Below the pieces are notes generated by a model, which made no database searches, was not told where the DNA came from, and saw only the letters and a program-made list of their open reading frames with translations. Both the position numbers and the translations under genes were made by a program. A DNA stretch of 55,622 bases from Nemertoderma westbladi (lineage: Eukaryota; Animalia; Xenacoelomorpha), in assembly GCA_032718475.1 (NCBI GenBank), contig JAUCBJ010006374.1, positions 1 to 55,622 on the forward strand. The letters run 5' to 3'. Positions 31,901-44,985 of this stretch are shown piece after piece. Every line of letters starts with the position of its first letter. Positions within the stretch are counted from its first letter, which is position 1.

Positions 31901-34900
31901 TTTTAATACATGTTCCTCCGTTTCCAGTGTATCCCTGATTACAGACACAAATATCACTACCACCAACTTCAGTACAGGCAGCATTTTCATCACAAATATT
32001 CGGATCAGAATTACAATCCACTACTTCTTCCGTTTTAATACATGTTCCTCCGTTTCCAGTGTATCCCTGATTACAGACACAAATATCACTACCACCAACT
32101 TCAGTACAGGCAGCATTTTCATCACAAATATTCGGATCAGAATTACAATCCACTACTTCTTCCGTTTTAATACATGTTCCTCCATTTCCAGTGTATCCCT
32201 CATTACAGACACAAATATCACCACCACCAACTTCAGTACAGGCAGCATTTTCATCACAAATATTCGGATCAGAATTACAATCCACTACTTCTTCAGTTTT
32301 AATACATGTTCCTCCGTTTCCAGTGTATCCCTGATTACAGACACAAATATCACTACCACCAACTTCAGTACAGGCAGCATTTTCATCACAAATATTCGGA
32401 TCAGAATTACAATCCACTACTTCTTCCGTTTTAATACATGTTCCTCCGTTTCCAGTGTATCCCTCATTACAGACACAAATATCACTACCACCAACTTCAG
32501 TACAGGCAGCATTTTCATCACAAATATTCGGATCAGAATTACAATCCACTACTTCTTCCGTTTTAATACATGTTCCTCCGTTTCCAGTGTATCCCTGATT
32601 ACAGACACAAATATCACTACCAACAACTTCAGTACAGGCAGCATTTTCATCACAAATATTCGGATCAGAATTACAATCCACTACTTCTTCCGTTTTAATA
32701 CATGTTCCTCCATTTCCAGTGTATCCCTCATTACAGACACAAATATCACCACCACCAACTTCAGTACAGGCAGCATTTTCATCACAAATATTCGGATCAG
32801 AATTACAATCCACTACTTCTTCCGTTTTAATACATGTTCCTCCGTTTCCAGTGTATCCCTGATTACAGACACAAATATCACTACCACCAACTTCAGTACA
32901 GCCAGCATTTTCATCACAAATATTCGGATCAGAATTACAATCCACTACTTCTTCCGTTTTAATACATGTTCCTCCGTTTCCAGTGTATCCCTGATTACAG
33001 ACACAAATATCACTACCACCAACTTCAGTACAGCCAGCATTTTCATCACAAATATTCGGATCAGAATTACAATCCACTACTTCTTCCGTTTTAATACATG
33101 TTCCTCCATTTCCAGTGTATCCCTCATTACAGACACAAATATCACTACCACCAACTTCAGTACAGGCAGCATTTTCATCACAAATATTCGGATCAGAATT
33201 ACAATCCACTACTTCTTCCGTTTTAATACATGTTCCTCCGTTTCCAGTGTATCCCTGATTACAGACACAAATATCACTACCACCAACTTCAGTACAGCCA
33301 GCATTTTCATCACAAATATTCGGATCAGAATTACAATCCACTACTTCTTCCGTTTTAATACATGTTCCTCCATTTCCAGTGTATCCCTCATTACAGACAC
33401 AAATATCACTACCACCAACTTCAGTACAGGCAGCATTTTCATCACAAATATTCGGATCAGAATTACAATCCACTACTTCTTCCGTTTTAATACATGTTCC
33501 TCCGTTTCCAGTGTATCCCTGATTACAGACACAAATATCACTACCACCAACTTCAGTACAGCCAGCATTTTCATCACAAATATTCGGATCAGAATTACAA
33601 TCCACTACTTCTTCCGTTTTAATACATGTTCCTCCGTTTCCAGTGTATCCCTGATTACAGACACAAATATCACTACCACCAACTTCAGTACAGCCAGCAT
33701 TTTCATCACAAATATTCGGATCAGAATTACAATCCACTACTTCTTCCGTTTTAATACATGTTCCTCCATTTCCAGTGTATCCCTCATTACAGACACAAAT
33801 ATCACTACCACCAACTTCAGTACAGCCAGCATTTTCATCACAAATATTCGGATCAGAATTACAATCCACTACTTCTTCCGTTTTAATACATGTTCCTCCG
33901 TTTCCAGTGTATCCCTGATTACAGACACAAATATCACTACCACCAACTTCAGTACAGCCAGCATTTTCATCACAAATATTCGGATCAGAATTACAATCCA
34001 CTACTTCTTCCGTTTTAATACATGTTCCTCCATTTCCAGTGTATCCCTCATTACAGACACAAATATCACTACCACCAACTTCAGTACAGGCAGCATTTTC
34101 ATCACAAATATCCGGATCAGAATTACAATCCACTACTTCTTCCGTTTTAATACATGTTCCTCCGTTTCCAGTGTATCCCTGATTACAGACACAAATATCA
34201 CTACCACCAACTTCAGTACAGCCAGCATTTTCATCACAAATATTCGGATCAGAATTACAATCCACTACTTCTTCCGTTTTAATACATGTTCCTCCATTTC
34301 CAGTGTATCCCTCATTACAGACACAAATATCACTACCACCAACTTCAGTACAGGCAGCATTTTCATCACAAATATTCGGATCAGAATTACAATCCACTAC
34401 TTCTTCCGTTTTAATACATGTTCCTCCGTTTCCAGTGTATCCCTGATTACAGACACAAATATCACTACCACCAACATCAGTACAGGCAGCATTTTCATCA
34501 CAAATATTAGGACTTGAAGTACAATCAACTACTTCTTCAGATTTAATACATATTCCTCCATTTCCTGTGTAACCCAGATTACAGACACAAATATCATTGC
34601 TACCAACTTCAGTACAGGCAGCATTTTCATCACAAATATTAGGATCTGAACTACAATCAACTGTATCACCAGTTTTAGTACATGTTCCTCCATTTCCTGA
34701 GAATCCCTGATTACAGACACAAATATCACTACCACCAACTTCAGTACAGGCAGCATTTTCATCACAAATATTCGGATCAGAATTACAATCCACTACTTCT
34801 TCCGTTTTAATACATGTTCCTCCGTTTCCAGTGTATCCCTCATTACAGACACAAATATCACTACCACCAACTTCAGTACAGTCAGCATTTTGATCACAAA

Positions 34901-37900
34901 TATTAGAATTTGATGTACAATCAACTATATCTTCAGTTTTAATACATGTACCTCCATTTCCTGTGTATCCCTGATTACAGACACAAATATCACTACCACC
35001 AACTTCAGTACAGTCAGCATTTTGATCACAAATATTAGAATTTGATGTACAATCAACTATATCTTCAGTTTTAATACATGTTCCTCCATTTCCAGTGTAT
35101 CCCTCATTACAGACACAAATATCACTACCACCAACTTCAGTACAAACAGCATTTTCATCACAAATATTCGGATCAGAATTACAATCCACTACTTCTTCCA
35201 TTTTATTACATGTTCTTCCGTTTCCAGTGTATCCCTGATTACAGACACAAATATCACTACCACCAACTTCAGTACAGGCAGCATTTTGATCACAAATATT
35301 CGGATCAGAATTACAATCCACTACTTCTTCCGTTTTAATACATGTTCCTCCGTTTCCAGTGTATCCCTGATTACAGACACAAATATCACTACCACCAACT
35401 TCAGTACAGTCAGCACTTTGATCACAAATATTAGAATTTGATGTACAATCAACTATATCTTCAGTTTTAATACATGTACCTCCATTTCCTGTGTATCCCT
35501 GATTACAGACACAAATATCACTACCACCAACTTCAGTACAGTCAGCATTTTGATCACAAATATTAGAATTTGATGTACAATCAACTATATCTTCAGTTTT
35601 AATACATGTTCCTCCATTTCCAGTGTATCCCTCATTACAGACACAAATATCACTACCACCAACTTCAGTACAAACAGCATTTTCATCACAAATATTCGGA
35701 TCAGAATTACAATCCACTACTTCTTCCATTTTATTACATGTTCCTCCGTTTCCAGTGTATCCCTGATTACAGACACAAATATCATTTTCACCAACATCAG
35801 TACATGCAGCATTTTGATCACAAATATTAGGATCTGAACTACAGTCAACTGTATCACCAGTTTTAGTACATGTTCCTCCATTTCCTGAGTATCCCTGATT
35901 ACAGACACAAATATCATTATCGCCAACTTCAGTACAGGCAGCATTTTCATCACAAATATTCGGATCAGAATTACAATCCACTACTTCTTCCGTTTTAATA
36001 CATGTTCCTCCGTTTCCAGTGTATCCCTCATTACAGACACAAATATCACTACCACCAACTTCAGTACAGTCAGCATTTTGATCACAAATATTAGAATTTG
36101 ATGTACAATCAACTATATCTTCAGTTTTAATACATGTACCTCCATTTCCTGTGTATCCCTGATTACAGACACAAATATCACTACCACCAACTTCAGTACA
36201 GTCAGCATTTTGATCACAAATATTAGAATTTGATGTACAATCAACTATATCTTCAGTTTTAATACATGTTCCTCCATTTCCAGTGTATCCCTCATTACAG
36301 ACACAAATATCACTACCACCAACTTCAGTACAAACAGCATTTTCATCACAAATATTCGGATCAGAATTACAATCCACTACTTCTTCCGTTTTAATACATG
36401 TTCCTCCGTTTCCAGTGTATCCCTCATTACAGACACAAATATCACTACCACCAACTTCAGTACAGGCAGCATTTTCATCACAAATATTCGGATCAGAATT
36501 ACAATCCACTACTTCTTCCGTTTTAATACATGTTCCTCCGTTTCCAGTGTATCCCTCATTACAGACACAAATATCACTACCACCAACTTCAGTACAGGCA
36601 GCATTTTCATCACAAATATTCGGATCAGAATTACAATCCACTACTTCTTCCGTTTTAATACATGCTCCTCCGTTTCCAGTGTATCCCTGATTACAGACAC
36701 AAATATCACTACCACCAACTTCAGTACAGGCAGCATTTTGATCACAAATATTAGGATCTGAATTACAATCAACTATATCTTCAGATTTAATACATGTACC
36801 TCCATTTCCTGTGTATCCCCGATTACAGACACAAATATCACTACCACCAACTTCAGTACAGTCAGCATTTTGATCACAAATATTAGAATTTGAAGTACAA
36901 TCAACTATATCTTCAGTTTTAATACATGTACCTCCATTTCCTGTGTATCCCTGATTACAGACACAAATATCACTACCACCAACTTCAGTACAGTCAGCAT
37001 TTTGATCACAAATATTAGAATTTGAAGTACAATCAACTATATCTTCAGTTTTAATACATGTACCTCCATTTCCTGTGTATCCCTGATTACAGACACAAAT
37101 ATCACTACCACCAACTTCAGTACAGGCAGCATTTTGATCACAAATATTAGGATCTGAATTACAATCAACTATATCTTCAGATTTAATACATGTACCTCCA
37201 TTTCCTGTGTATCCCTGATTACAGACACAAATATCACTACCACCAACTTCAGTACAGTCAGCATTTTGATCACAAATATTAGAATTTGAAGTACAATCAA
37301 CTATATCTTCAGTTTTAATACATGTACCTCCATTTCCTGTGTATCCCTGATTACAGACACAAATATCACTACCACCAACTTCAGTACAGTCAGCATTTTG
37401 ATCACAAATATTAGAATTTGAAGTACAATCAACTATATCTTCAGTTTTAATACATGTACCTCCATTTCCTGTGTATCCCTGATTACAGACACAAATATCA
37501 CTACCACCAACTTCAGTACAGGCAGCATTTTGATCACAAATATTAGGATCTGAATTACAATCAACTATATCTTCAGATTTAATACATGTACCTCCATTTC
37601 CTGTGTATCCCTGATTACAGACACAAATATCACTACCACCAACTTCAGTACAGTCAGCATTTTGATCACAAATATTAGAATTTGATGTACAATCAACTAT
37701 ATCTTCAGTTTTAATACATGTACCTCCATTTCCTGTGTATCCCTGATTACAGACACAAATATCACTACCACCAACTTCAGTACAGTCAGCATTTTGATCA
37801 CAAATATTAGAATTTGAAGTACAATCAACTATATCTTCAGTTTTAATACATGTACCTCCATTTCCTGTGTATCCCTGATTACAGACACAAATATCACTAC

Positions 37901-39819
37901 CACCAACTTCAGTACAGTCAGCATTTTGATCACAAATATTAGAATTTGATGCACAATCAACTATATCTTCAGTTTTAATACATGTACCTCCATTTCCTGT
38001 GTATCCCTGATTACAGACACAAATATCACTACCACCAACTTCAGTACAGTCAGCATTTTGATCACAAATATTAGAATTTGATGTACAATCAACTATATCT
38101 TCAGTTTTAATACATGTACCTCCATTTCCTGTGTATCCCTGATTACAGACACAAATATCACTACCACCAACTTCAGTACAGGCAGCATTTTCATTACAAA
38201 TATTCGGATCAGAATTACAATCCACTACTTCTTCTGTTTTAATACATGTTCCTCCGTTTCCAGTGTATCCCTGATTACAGACACAAATATCACTACCACC
38301 AACTTCAATACAGGCAGCATTTTCATCACAAATATTCGGATCAGAATTACAATCCACTACTTCTTCTGTTTTAATACATGTTCCTCCGTTTCCAGTGTAT
38401 CCCTTATTACAGACACAAATATCACTACCACCAACTTCAGTACAGGCAGCATTCTGATCACAAATATTAGGATCTGAAGTACAATCAACTATATTTTCAG
38501 TTTTAATACATGTACCTCCATTTCCTGTGTATCCCTGATTACAGACACAAATATCATTACCACCAACTTCAGTACAGGCTGCATTTTGGTCACAAATATT
38601 CAGATCAGAATTACAATCCACTACTTCTTCCGTTTTAATACATGTTCCTCCGTTTCCAGTGTAGCCCTCATTACAGACACAAATATCATTGCTACCAACT
38701 TCAGTACAGTCAGCATTTTGATCACAAATATTAGAATTTGAAGTACAATCAACTATATCTTCAGTTTTAATACATGTACCTCCATTTCCTATGTATCCCT
38801 GATTACAGACACAAATATCACTACCACCAACTTCAGTACAGGCAGCATTTTCATCACAAATATTCGGATCAGAATTACAATCCACTACTTCTTCTGTTTT
38901 AATACATGTTCTTCCGTTTCCAGTGTATCCCTGATTACAGACACAAATATCACTACCACCAACTTCAATACAGGCAGCATTTTGGCCACAAATATTAGGA
39001 TCAGAATTACAATCCACTACTTCTTCCGTTTTAATACATGTTCCTCCGTTTCCAGTGTATCCCTGATTACAGACACAAATATCACTACCACCAACTTCAA
39101 TACAGGCAGCATTTTCATCACAAATATTCGGATCAGAATTACAATCCACTACTTCTTCCGTTTTAATACATGTTCCTCCGTTTCCAGTGTATCCCTGATT
39201 ACAGACACAAATATCACTACCACCAACTTCAGTACAGGCAGCATTTTCATCACAAATATTCGGATCAGAATTACAATCCACTACTTCTTCCGTTTTAATA
39301 CATGTTCCTCCGTTTCCAGTGTATCCCTGATTACAGACACAAATATCACTACCACCAACTTCAATACAGGCAGCATTTTCATCACAAATATTCGGATCAG
39401 AATTACAATCCACTACTTCTTCTGTTTTAATACATGTTCTTCCGTTTCCAGTGTATCCCTGATTACAGACACAAATATCACTACCACCAACTTCAGTACA
39501 GGCAGCATTCTGATCACAAATATTAGGATCTGAAGTACAATCAACTATATCTTCAGTTTTAATACATGTACCTCCATTTCCTGTGTATCCCTGATTACAG
39601 ACACAAATATCATTACCACCAACTTCAGTACAGGCTGCATTTTGGTCACAAACAATTGGATCTGCCTTACACTCCAATGTTTCTGCATCTTTCATTATAA
39701 TAAACATTTTTGAAAATTCTTCAACTTGGATAATTGAACGAGATGACAGAGGTTCGGTGACCACAACTATGTTTCCAATGAATATATGAAAGTGGTAAAC
39801 TCTTTTTCCAATGTAGTTA
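1170..39819 (-). CDS. Exon 6 (terminal, 38,650 bp) of a giant secreted hemopexin-like/multi-EGF protein: end of the hemopexin-like head, 263 non-Ca-binding EGF modules, 31 cbEGF-type modules, stop
   Basis: Uninterrupted 12,889-codon ORF of six-Cys EGF modules. The ORF-track start is TTG in intron sequence; the likely entry is the acceptor ctttgcag|T-AAC-TAC at 39819, matching the phase-2 donor of exon 5. Ends ...ETCQKID-TGA at 1170. Confidence 0.93.
4990..39680 (-). repeat. Coding tandem repeat, 132-bp (44-aa) EGF unit, 263 copies; consensus EEVVDCNSDPNICDENAACTEVGGSDICVCNQGYTGNGGTCIKT
   Basis: First-Cys codons of the first (39669) and last (5103) units are 34,566 bp apart. Adding back three in-frame 6-bp deletions gives exactly 262 x 132. 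Confidence 0.95.
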
Positions 39820-40132
39820 CTGCAAAGTACGGTAATCAAAAATATAATACTTTTTACACAACTTATAAAATAATACTAACTATAATAAAATAACAATATA
39901 TACAAATCATGAAAATAGACTCGTGTCAATAAGAATACATCCAACTTTCGTAAGCTAACATATTGTTTTTCAACAAAAAATCGTATTTTCATGAATCTCT
40001 ATTTACATACTTGCCCAACCGATACGAATGCAATTTCAAAACAGAAACAATTTTCAAACTCTAATAATAAATTGGAATACAAAGCTTATAAGCCTTCTAT
40101 GTAACGTCTATGACAGTGAGGTGCAATATTAC

Positions 40133-40250
40133 CTGATTACAGCATTCCATGGCGCAGAAGTAATAGCAGTTATTTGTGGAAATGCCACATCTATTGGTAC
40201 TTTGTATATCAGCCGCGAAGTTTCCAGATCATAAACATAAGCATGAATAT
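40133..40250 (-). CDS. Exon 5 (118 bp), hemopexin-like blades 3-4: (D)IHAYVYDLETSRLIYKVPIDVAFPQITAITSAPWNAVI(S)
   Basis: Strong polypyrimidine acceptor ttttttcttcttcag|AT and donor AG|gtaata. Phase 1 in and phase 2 out, compatible with both neighbours; open frame. Confidence 0.85.
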
Positions 40251-41444
40251 CTGAAGAAGAAAAAAACACAACTATATATGCAAATGGCAATACGTAAACC
40301 AATTCTGACATCAAAAACCGCTCCCTGCAGTTCTAACATAATTCCTGCAATTGTAATATTATCGTGGTTATATACTATATTTTATTGCCGCTGCAATAAA
40401 TATGGCAATATAATACAGTATAATGCAACAATATAATAGTCGCGGCAACTTCAGCACATACTGTAAAGTTATTATTTATAAATGTAATTACTAGCTAACA
40501 CCAACTAGCATATTGTACCGTTTCAGGAATTCCACATGCTTAAATTTTAGATAACTTACGAAATGTTTTAATAGTAGGCTCAAAATGTTATACTTCATAC
40601 CAACAAAATATGAGATATTCCATCAAAAATTTTAAAATCAAAAAATCAAAAAGAAATATTTACACAAAATCATTATTTTTATTAATTTTATGAATCTTTA
40701 TTTAACCCTATTTGGCACGGGGAGGGGGTTATTTTGGATTTTTGGTAATTCATCTGTATCTTTGAGATTTAATGGGCTATCCAACAGAGCAAAATGCCAT
40801 TTATATGGCTATGTTAGTTTTCGTGTTGTTGTCCATTTCTGGCACCCATATTCAGTATTTTTCGTACAAACAAACATTCTCAGTAGTCGTGGTAAAGAAT
40901 AATTGTGGTGTTGATATCCTCGCCCCTATTTTTACTTTTATTCACTATTATCGTTAGTGTAATCAACCCTCATAGACTGTTCAGTGTTAATTTACAAAGT
41001 TAAAATAAGATAACACTATTATTATCATTCTGACATAATAATTACATTACTTTTTACATAAACAAATACAAGTATAACTACTTCTACAATTTCCACAAAG
41101 GTGTACTGTCAAGTCAATGAGAAAAATGTGTATATCTTAGGCCATTTAGAAACCAAATTCATTTCAAATGTGTCATCTCATTCCTTTCAAATTCATTCAA
41201 CTTATTCCTCCCAGCCCATCCCGTAACTACGTTTTCTCTATACGCGTTGAGGTAAGAAGAGCGATATCTCTCGGTAAACTAGATAATCGTCTTGATTCGC
41301 AATCCGTCGTAGTCAGCCCGCACCGTCGGTCAGTTGTTTGTTTACTGTTTTATATGTCGTCGTTAAATCAACTGATCTTATACTACTCCCCGGCCAAACG
41401 AATAATTTCCGGTACCGGTAAAATAAGGTAACGCCTATATATAG

Positions 41445-41657
41445 CGCAGGTTCGAATCCGACTAAAGGCTGTGGAAATTTCGGTGCCTACTGTTGTGTCC
41501 CTAGGCAAGACACTTTAGACATTAGTGCCTATGATGGCCTATAATGGGAACCTGGCTTTGCTGGGGTAATGATAATAAAAGCGCTTTGAGTATGCCGAGC
41601 GTAGAAAAGCGCTATATAAATAACCAATATTATTATTATTATTATTATATTATTATA
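41445..41657 (+). mobile_element. tRNA-derived SINE (CORE-like centre, L2-like tail), 5'-truncated
   Basis: B box GGTTCGAATCC (41449-41459), CORE-like TGTGTCCCTAGGCAAGACACTT, L2-type tail AAAGCGCTTTGAG...GAAAAGCGCTATATAAAT, then (TAT)n. No clear A box. Confidence 0.8.
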
Positions 41658-41987
41658 TGTTTACCTGTACCGGTACAACAGTCTTAACTACTATTATGTG
41701 CTGCATGGACGACACTAACAGAACACCCCCACCCCGTCGTAAAACGTTCTACATCCTAATCTACTTAAAGAGTTACATAATTGTATTTTCGAATATTTTC
41801 GAAGTCTGAAGTAAATTGATAGTTTATCTGATGCCCTACACTAAGTACCGCCCTTAACAAATGATGTGCTTATCCCATGCCATTTATAATGCAGATGTAC
41901 CCTCAATAAAAAATAATTTGCGTATCTTAGTCCATGGACACATGTACATACACAATGTACCGTCAATAATAAATAATTTTCCTATAC

Positions 41988-42147
41988 CTGATGCCAGTAT
42001 AACATGACGAGATCCTCCATTATGGAAATAGGCAATCGAAGTTACACCATCTGGAATTGGCCCCCCTATAACATGTGAGTAATATCCAATCATATCAACG
42101 ACAAATTTACCATCGACAAATTTCATCCGCACATATTTACCTACAAT
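41988..42147 (-). CDS. Exon 4 (160 bp), hemopexin-like blades 2-3: IVGKYVRMKFVDGKFVVDMIGYYSHVIGGPIPDGVTSIAYFHNGGSRHVILAS
   Basis: Acceptor ttatttattacag|ATT and donor TCAG|gtatag. Phase 0 in and phase 1 out, joining exons 3 and 5 in frame. Confidence 0.82.
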
Positions 42148-42634
42148 CTGTAATAAATAAATATATTGGATGACATTTTAAAGAATATGGCTGATACTAT
42201 TATTGTAGAATGCTATGCTGGTAGCACATAAACTTTGGTACAAAAAACCAACAGATATAGTTGAGGGGCGAGCCATGAAAGTAAGCGAGCTTATCATACG
42301 GGTACCACTATCTCAACCTGTGTCTGTCGATATATTGATCTGTTGTTCTCTCTATTTCATACAAATATTTGAACGTTAATAACCCCTTTTAAGAAAATTA
42401 ATTATTTTCTACTATAAAATTAAATTAATAGTATTTAAAAATCATGCAGCTGGAATCCCCATACCCCAAATATACATTTTAATTCGTTCAAGTGATTTGA
42501 TTTAATAAATGTGTTTTAACAATACTAAACCGGTACCAAAATTAATAAGTAATTAAAACGGTACCAAAATTTGATACATTATTTCAAACTGCACAGTCAT
42601 TGGTCAACAGTCGATGGTAGGATGTGTGCAGCGG

Positions 42635-44110
42635 AGCTACTAGCTCGCTGCAGTTTGACTGGGAAGGGGGGATGCAGCTACTAGCTCGCTGCAGTTTGAC
42701 TGGGAAGGGGGGATGCAGCTACTAGCTCGCTGCAGTTTGACTGAGATGGGGGGATGCAGCTACTAGCTCGCTGCAGTTTGACTGGGAAGGGGGGATGCAG
42801 CTACTAGCTCGCTGCAGTTTGACTGAGATGGGGGGATGCAGCTACTAGCTCGCTGCAGTTTGACTGAGATGGGGGGATGCAGCTACTAGCTCGCTGCAGT
42901 TTGACTGGGATTGGGGGATGCAGCTACTAGCTCGCTGCAGTTTGACTGGGATTGGGGGATGCAGCTACTAGCTCGCTGCAGTTTGACTGGGAATGGGGAT
43001 GCACCTACTAGCTCGCTGCAGTTTGACTGAGATGGGGGGATGCAGCTACTAGATCGCTGCAGTTTGACTGGGATGGGGGGATGCAGCTACTAGCTTGCTG
43101 CAGTTTGACTGGGAAGGGGGGATGCACCTACTATCTCGCTGCAGTTTGACTGAGATGGGGGATGCAGCTACTAGCTCGCTGCAGTTTGACTGGGATTGGG
43201 GGATGCAGCTACTAGCTCGCTGCAGTTTGACTGCGATTGGGGGATGCACCTACTAGCTCGCTGCAGTTTGACTGAGATGGGGGGATGCAGCTACTAGCTC
43301 GCTGCAGTTTGACTGGGAAGGGGGGATGCACCTACTAGCTCGCTGCAGTTTGACTGATATGGGGGGATGCAGCTACTACCTCGCTGCAGTTTGACTGGGA
43401 TGGGGGGATGCAGCTACTAGCTCGCTGTAGTTTGACTGGGATTGGGGAATGCAGCTACTAGCTCGCTGCAGTTTGACTGAGATGGGGGATGCAGCTACTA
43501 GCTCGCTGCAGTTTGACTGGGAAGGGGGTATGCAGCTACTAGCTCGCTGCAGTTTGACTGAGATGGGGGATGCAGCTACTAGCTCGCTGCAGTTTGACTG
43601 GGATTGGGGGATGCAGCTACTAGCTCGCTGCAGTTTGACTGGGAATGGGGATGCACCTACTAGCTCGCTGCAGTTTGACTGGGATTGGGGGATGCAATTA
43701 CTAAATCACTGCAGTTTGACTGGGATGGGGGGATGCAGCTACTAGCTCGCTACAGTTTGACTGGTATGGCGGGATGCAGCTACTAGCTCGCTGCAGTTTG
43801 ACTGGGTTGGGGGGATGCAGCTACTAGCTCGCTGCAGTTTGACTGGGATGGGGGGATGCAGCTACTAGCTCGCTGCAGTTTGACTGGGATGGGGGATGCA
43901 GCTACTCGCTCGCTGCAGTTTGACTGGGATGGGGGGATGCAGCTACTAGCTCGCTGCAGTTTGACTGGGATGGGGGGATGCAGCTACTAGCTCGTTGCAG
44001 TTTGACTGGGATGGGGGGATGCAACTACTAGCTCGCTGCAGTTTGACTGGGATGGGGGGATGTAGCTACTAGCTCACTGCAGTTTGACTGGGATGGGGGG
44101 ATGCAACTAC
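42635..44110. repeat. Minisatellite, 40-42-bp unit GCAGCTACTAGCTCGCTGCAGTTTGACTGGGAWGGGGGGAT, about 36 copies (intron 3)
   Basis: Directly visible; the first two GCTAC motifs are at 42636 and 42677. Variation is mostly in the G-tract. Confidence 0.97.
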
Positions 44111-44404
44111 AGGATAGACAGGGATAGAGTTTTAACAGTTAAAGATATTCCATTGGGCTACAAATTAAAGTCACACCAAAATTGATGAAAAAAATTAATG
44201 AAAATTGATGAAAAAAAATTATTCAACACCAAATAAAATAAAGTCGCACAAATAAAAGTATTCAAGCAACAAACTAAATTTTCAACACCAAAACCAATTA
44301 TTGGACACCATAAAAACAATTATTCAACACCAAAATATATAAATGCTTCCAAAAACCAATGATTCACACCAAAATAAATGGCAAAACCCCAAAATAGATA
44401 CATT

Positions 44405-44595
44405 TTCCCCCATAATAATTAAATACTTAATCCCCCAAAATAAATACATAATTCCCAAAAATAAATACATAATCCCTCAAAATGAAGACTTATTCCCCAA
44501 AAATAAATACATATTCCCCCCAAAATACATAGATATTCCCCCAAAATATATGCTTATTCTCCCAAAATAATCAAATATTCTACCAAAAATAAACA
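44405..44595. repeat. Degenerate 21-bp A/C-rich tandem repeat (CCCCAAAATAAATACATAWTT-like)
   Basis: About 8-9 diverged copies visible; explains the periodic PKNKYII peptide of ORF 44343..44570. Confidence 0.7.
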
Positions 44596-44712
44596 GACTC
44601 TCAGTTGCAGACTATTGGTAGGAGGATCGTAGCTATTGACTAATGTCTGTATAGTGTCATCCAGTTTATCCTGAACAGCAAACCGATAATATATAACATG
44701 AATCAGTAATCA

Positions 44713-44985
44713 CTAGCAGACACGTTAGTGGGCCGTCGCGCAGCACGCGAACTTGAGCAAGTTCGAAACAAGTTCGATTTGAACTGGTGTCAAAAGTTCG
44801 AGAAGTATTTGCCCGTAACTTTCTAAAATATTGGAACTTTTACTCTAGTATGCCCATGCAAAATTTGGTTGAAAATGGTTAAAATCTTCAAAATATATTT
44901 ACGAATAAATTTTTGATTACAGACAGAAAAACAGACGGACAGACAGACAGACAGACGGACATGAAATTTTGCCTTATTTACTAAT
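44713..44985 (-). mobile_element. Non-autonomous Helitron-like element with internal (CTGT)n microsatellite
   Basis: On the minus strand: AT-rich 5' end, GTCCGTCTGTCTGTCTGT microsatellite, ATTTTCAACCAAATTTTGCA core, GC-rich subterminal segment and CTAG|T terminus at 44713. This layout is typical of short Helitron-derived repeats. Confidence 0.55.

Noticed and set aside
31587-34517. 976-aa plus-strand ORF and the many 60-270-aa ORFs in other frames within 1200-39550
   Set aside because: Shadow frames of the homogeneous 132-bp and 495-bp coding repeats; they open and close with single repeat variants and show no independent features.
1170-39839. Naming the gene fibrillin, dumpy, Notch or an MMP
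   Set aside because: No 8-Cys TB, DPY, ZP, TM, LNR/ankyrin, HExxH or cysteine-switch motifs; likely BLAST hits would reflect generic EGF similarity.
39820-39839. ORF-track start (MITVLC) for the giant ORF
   Set aside because: It is a TTG inside the acceptor region of intron 5 and gives no signal peptide.
42635-44110. CRISPR-like appearance (palindromic constant part plus variable part)
   Set aside because: The variable parts are about 10-bp near-identical G-tracts rather than unique spacers; no cas genes; eukaryotic intron.
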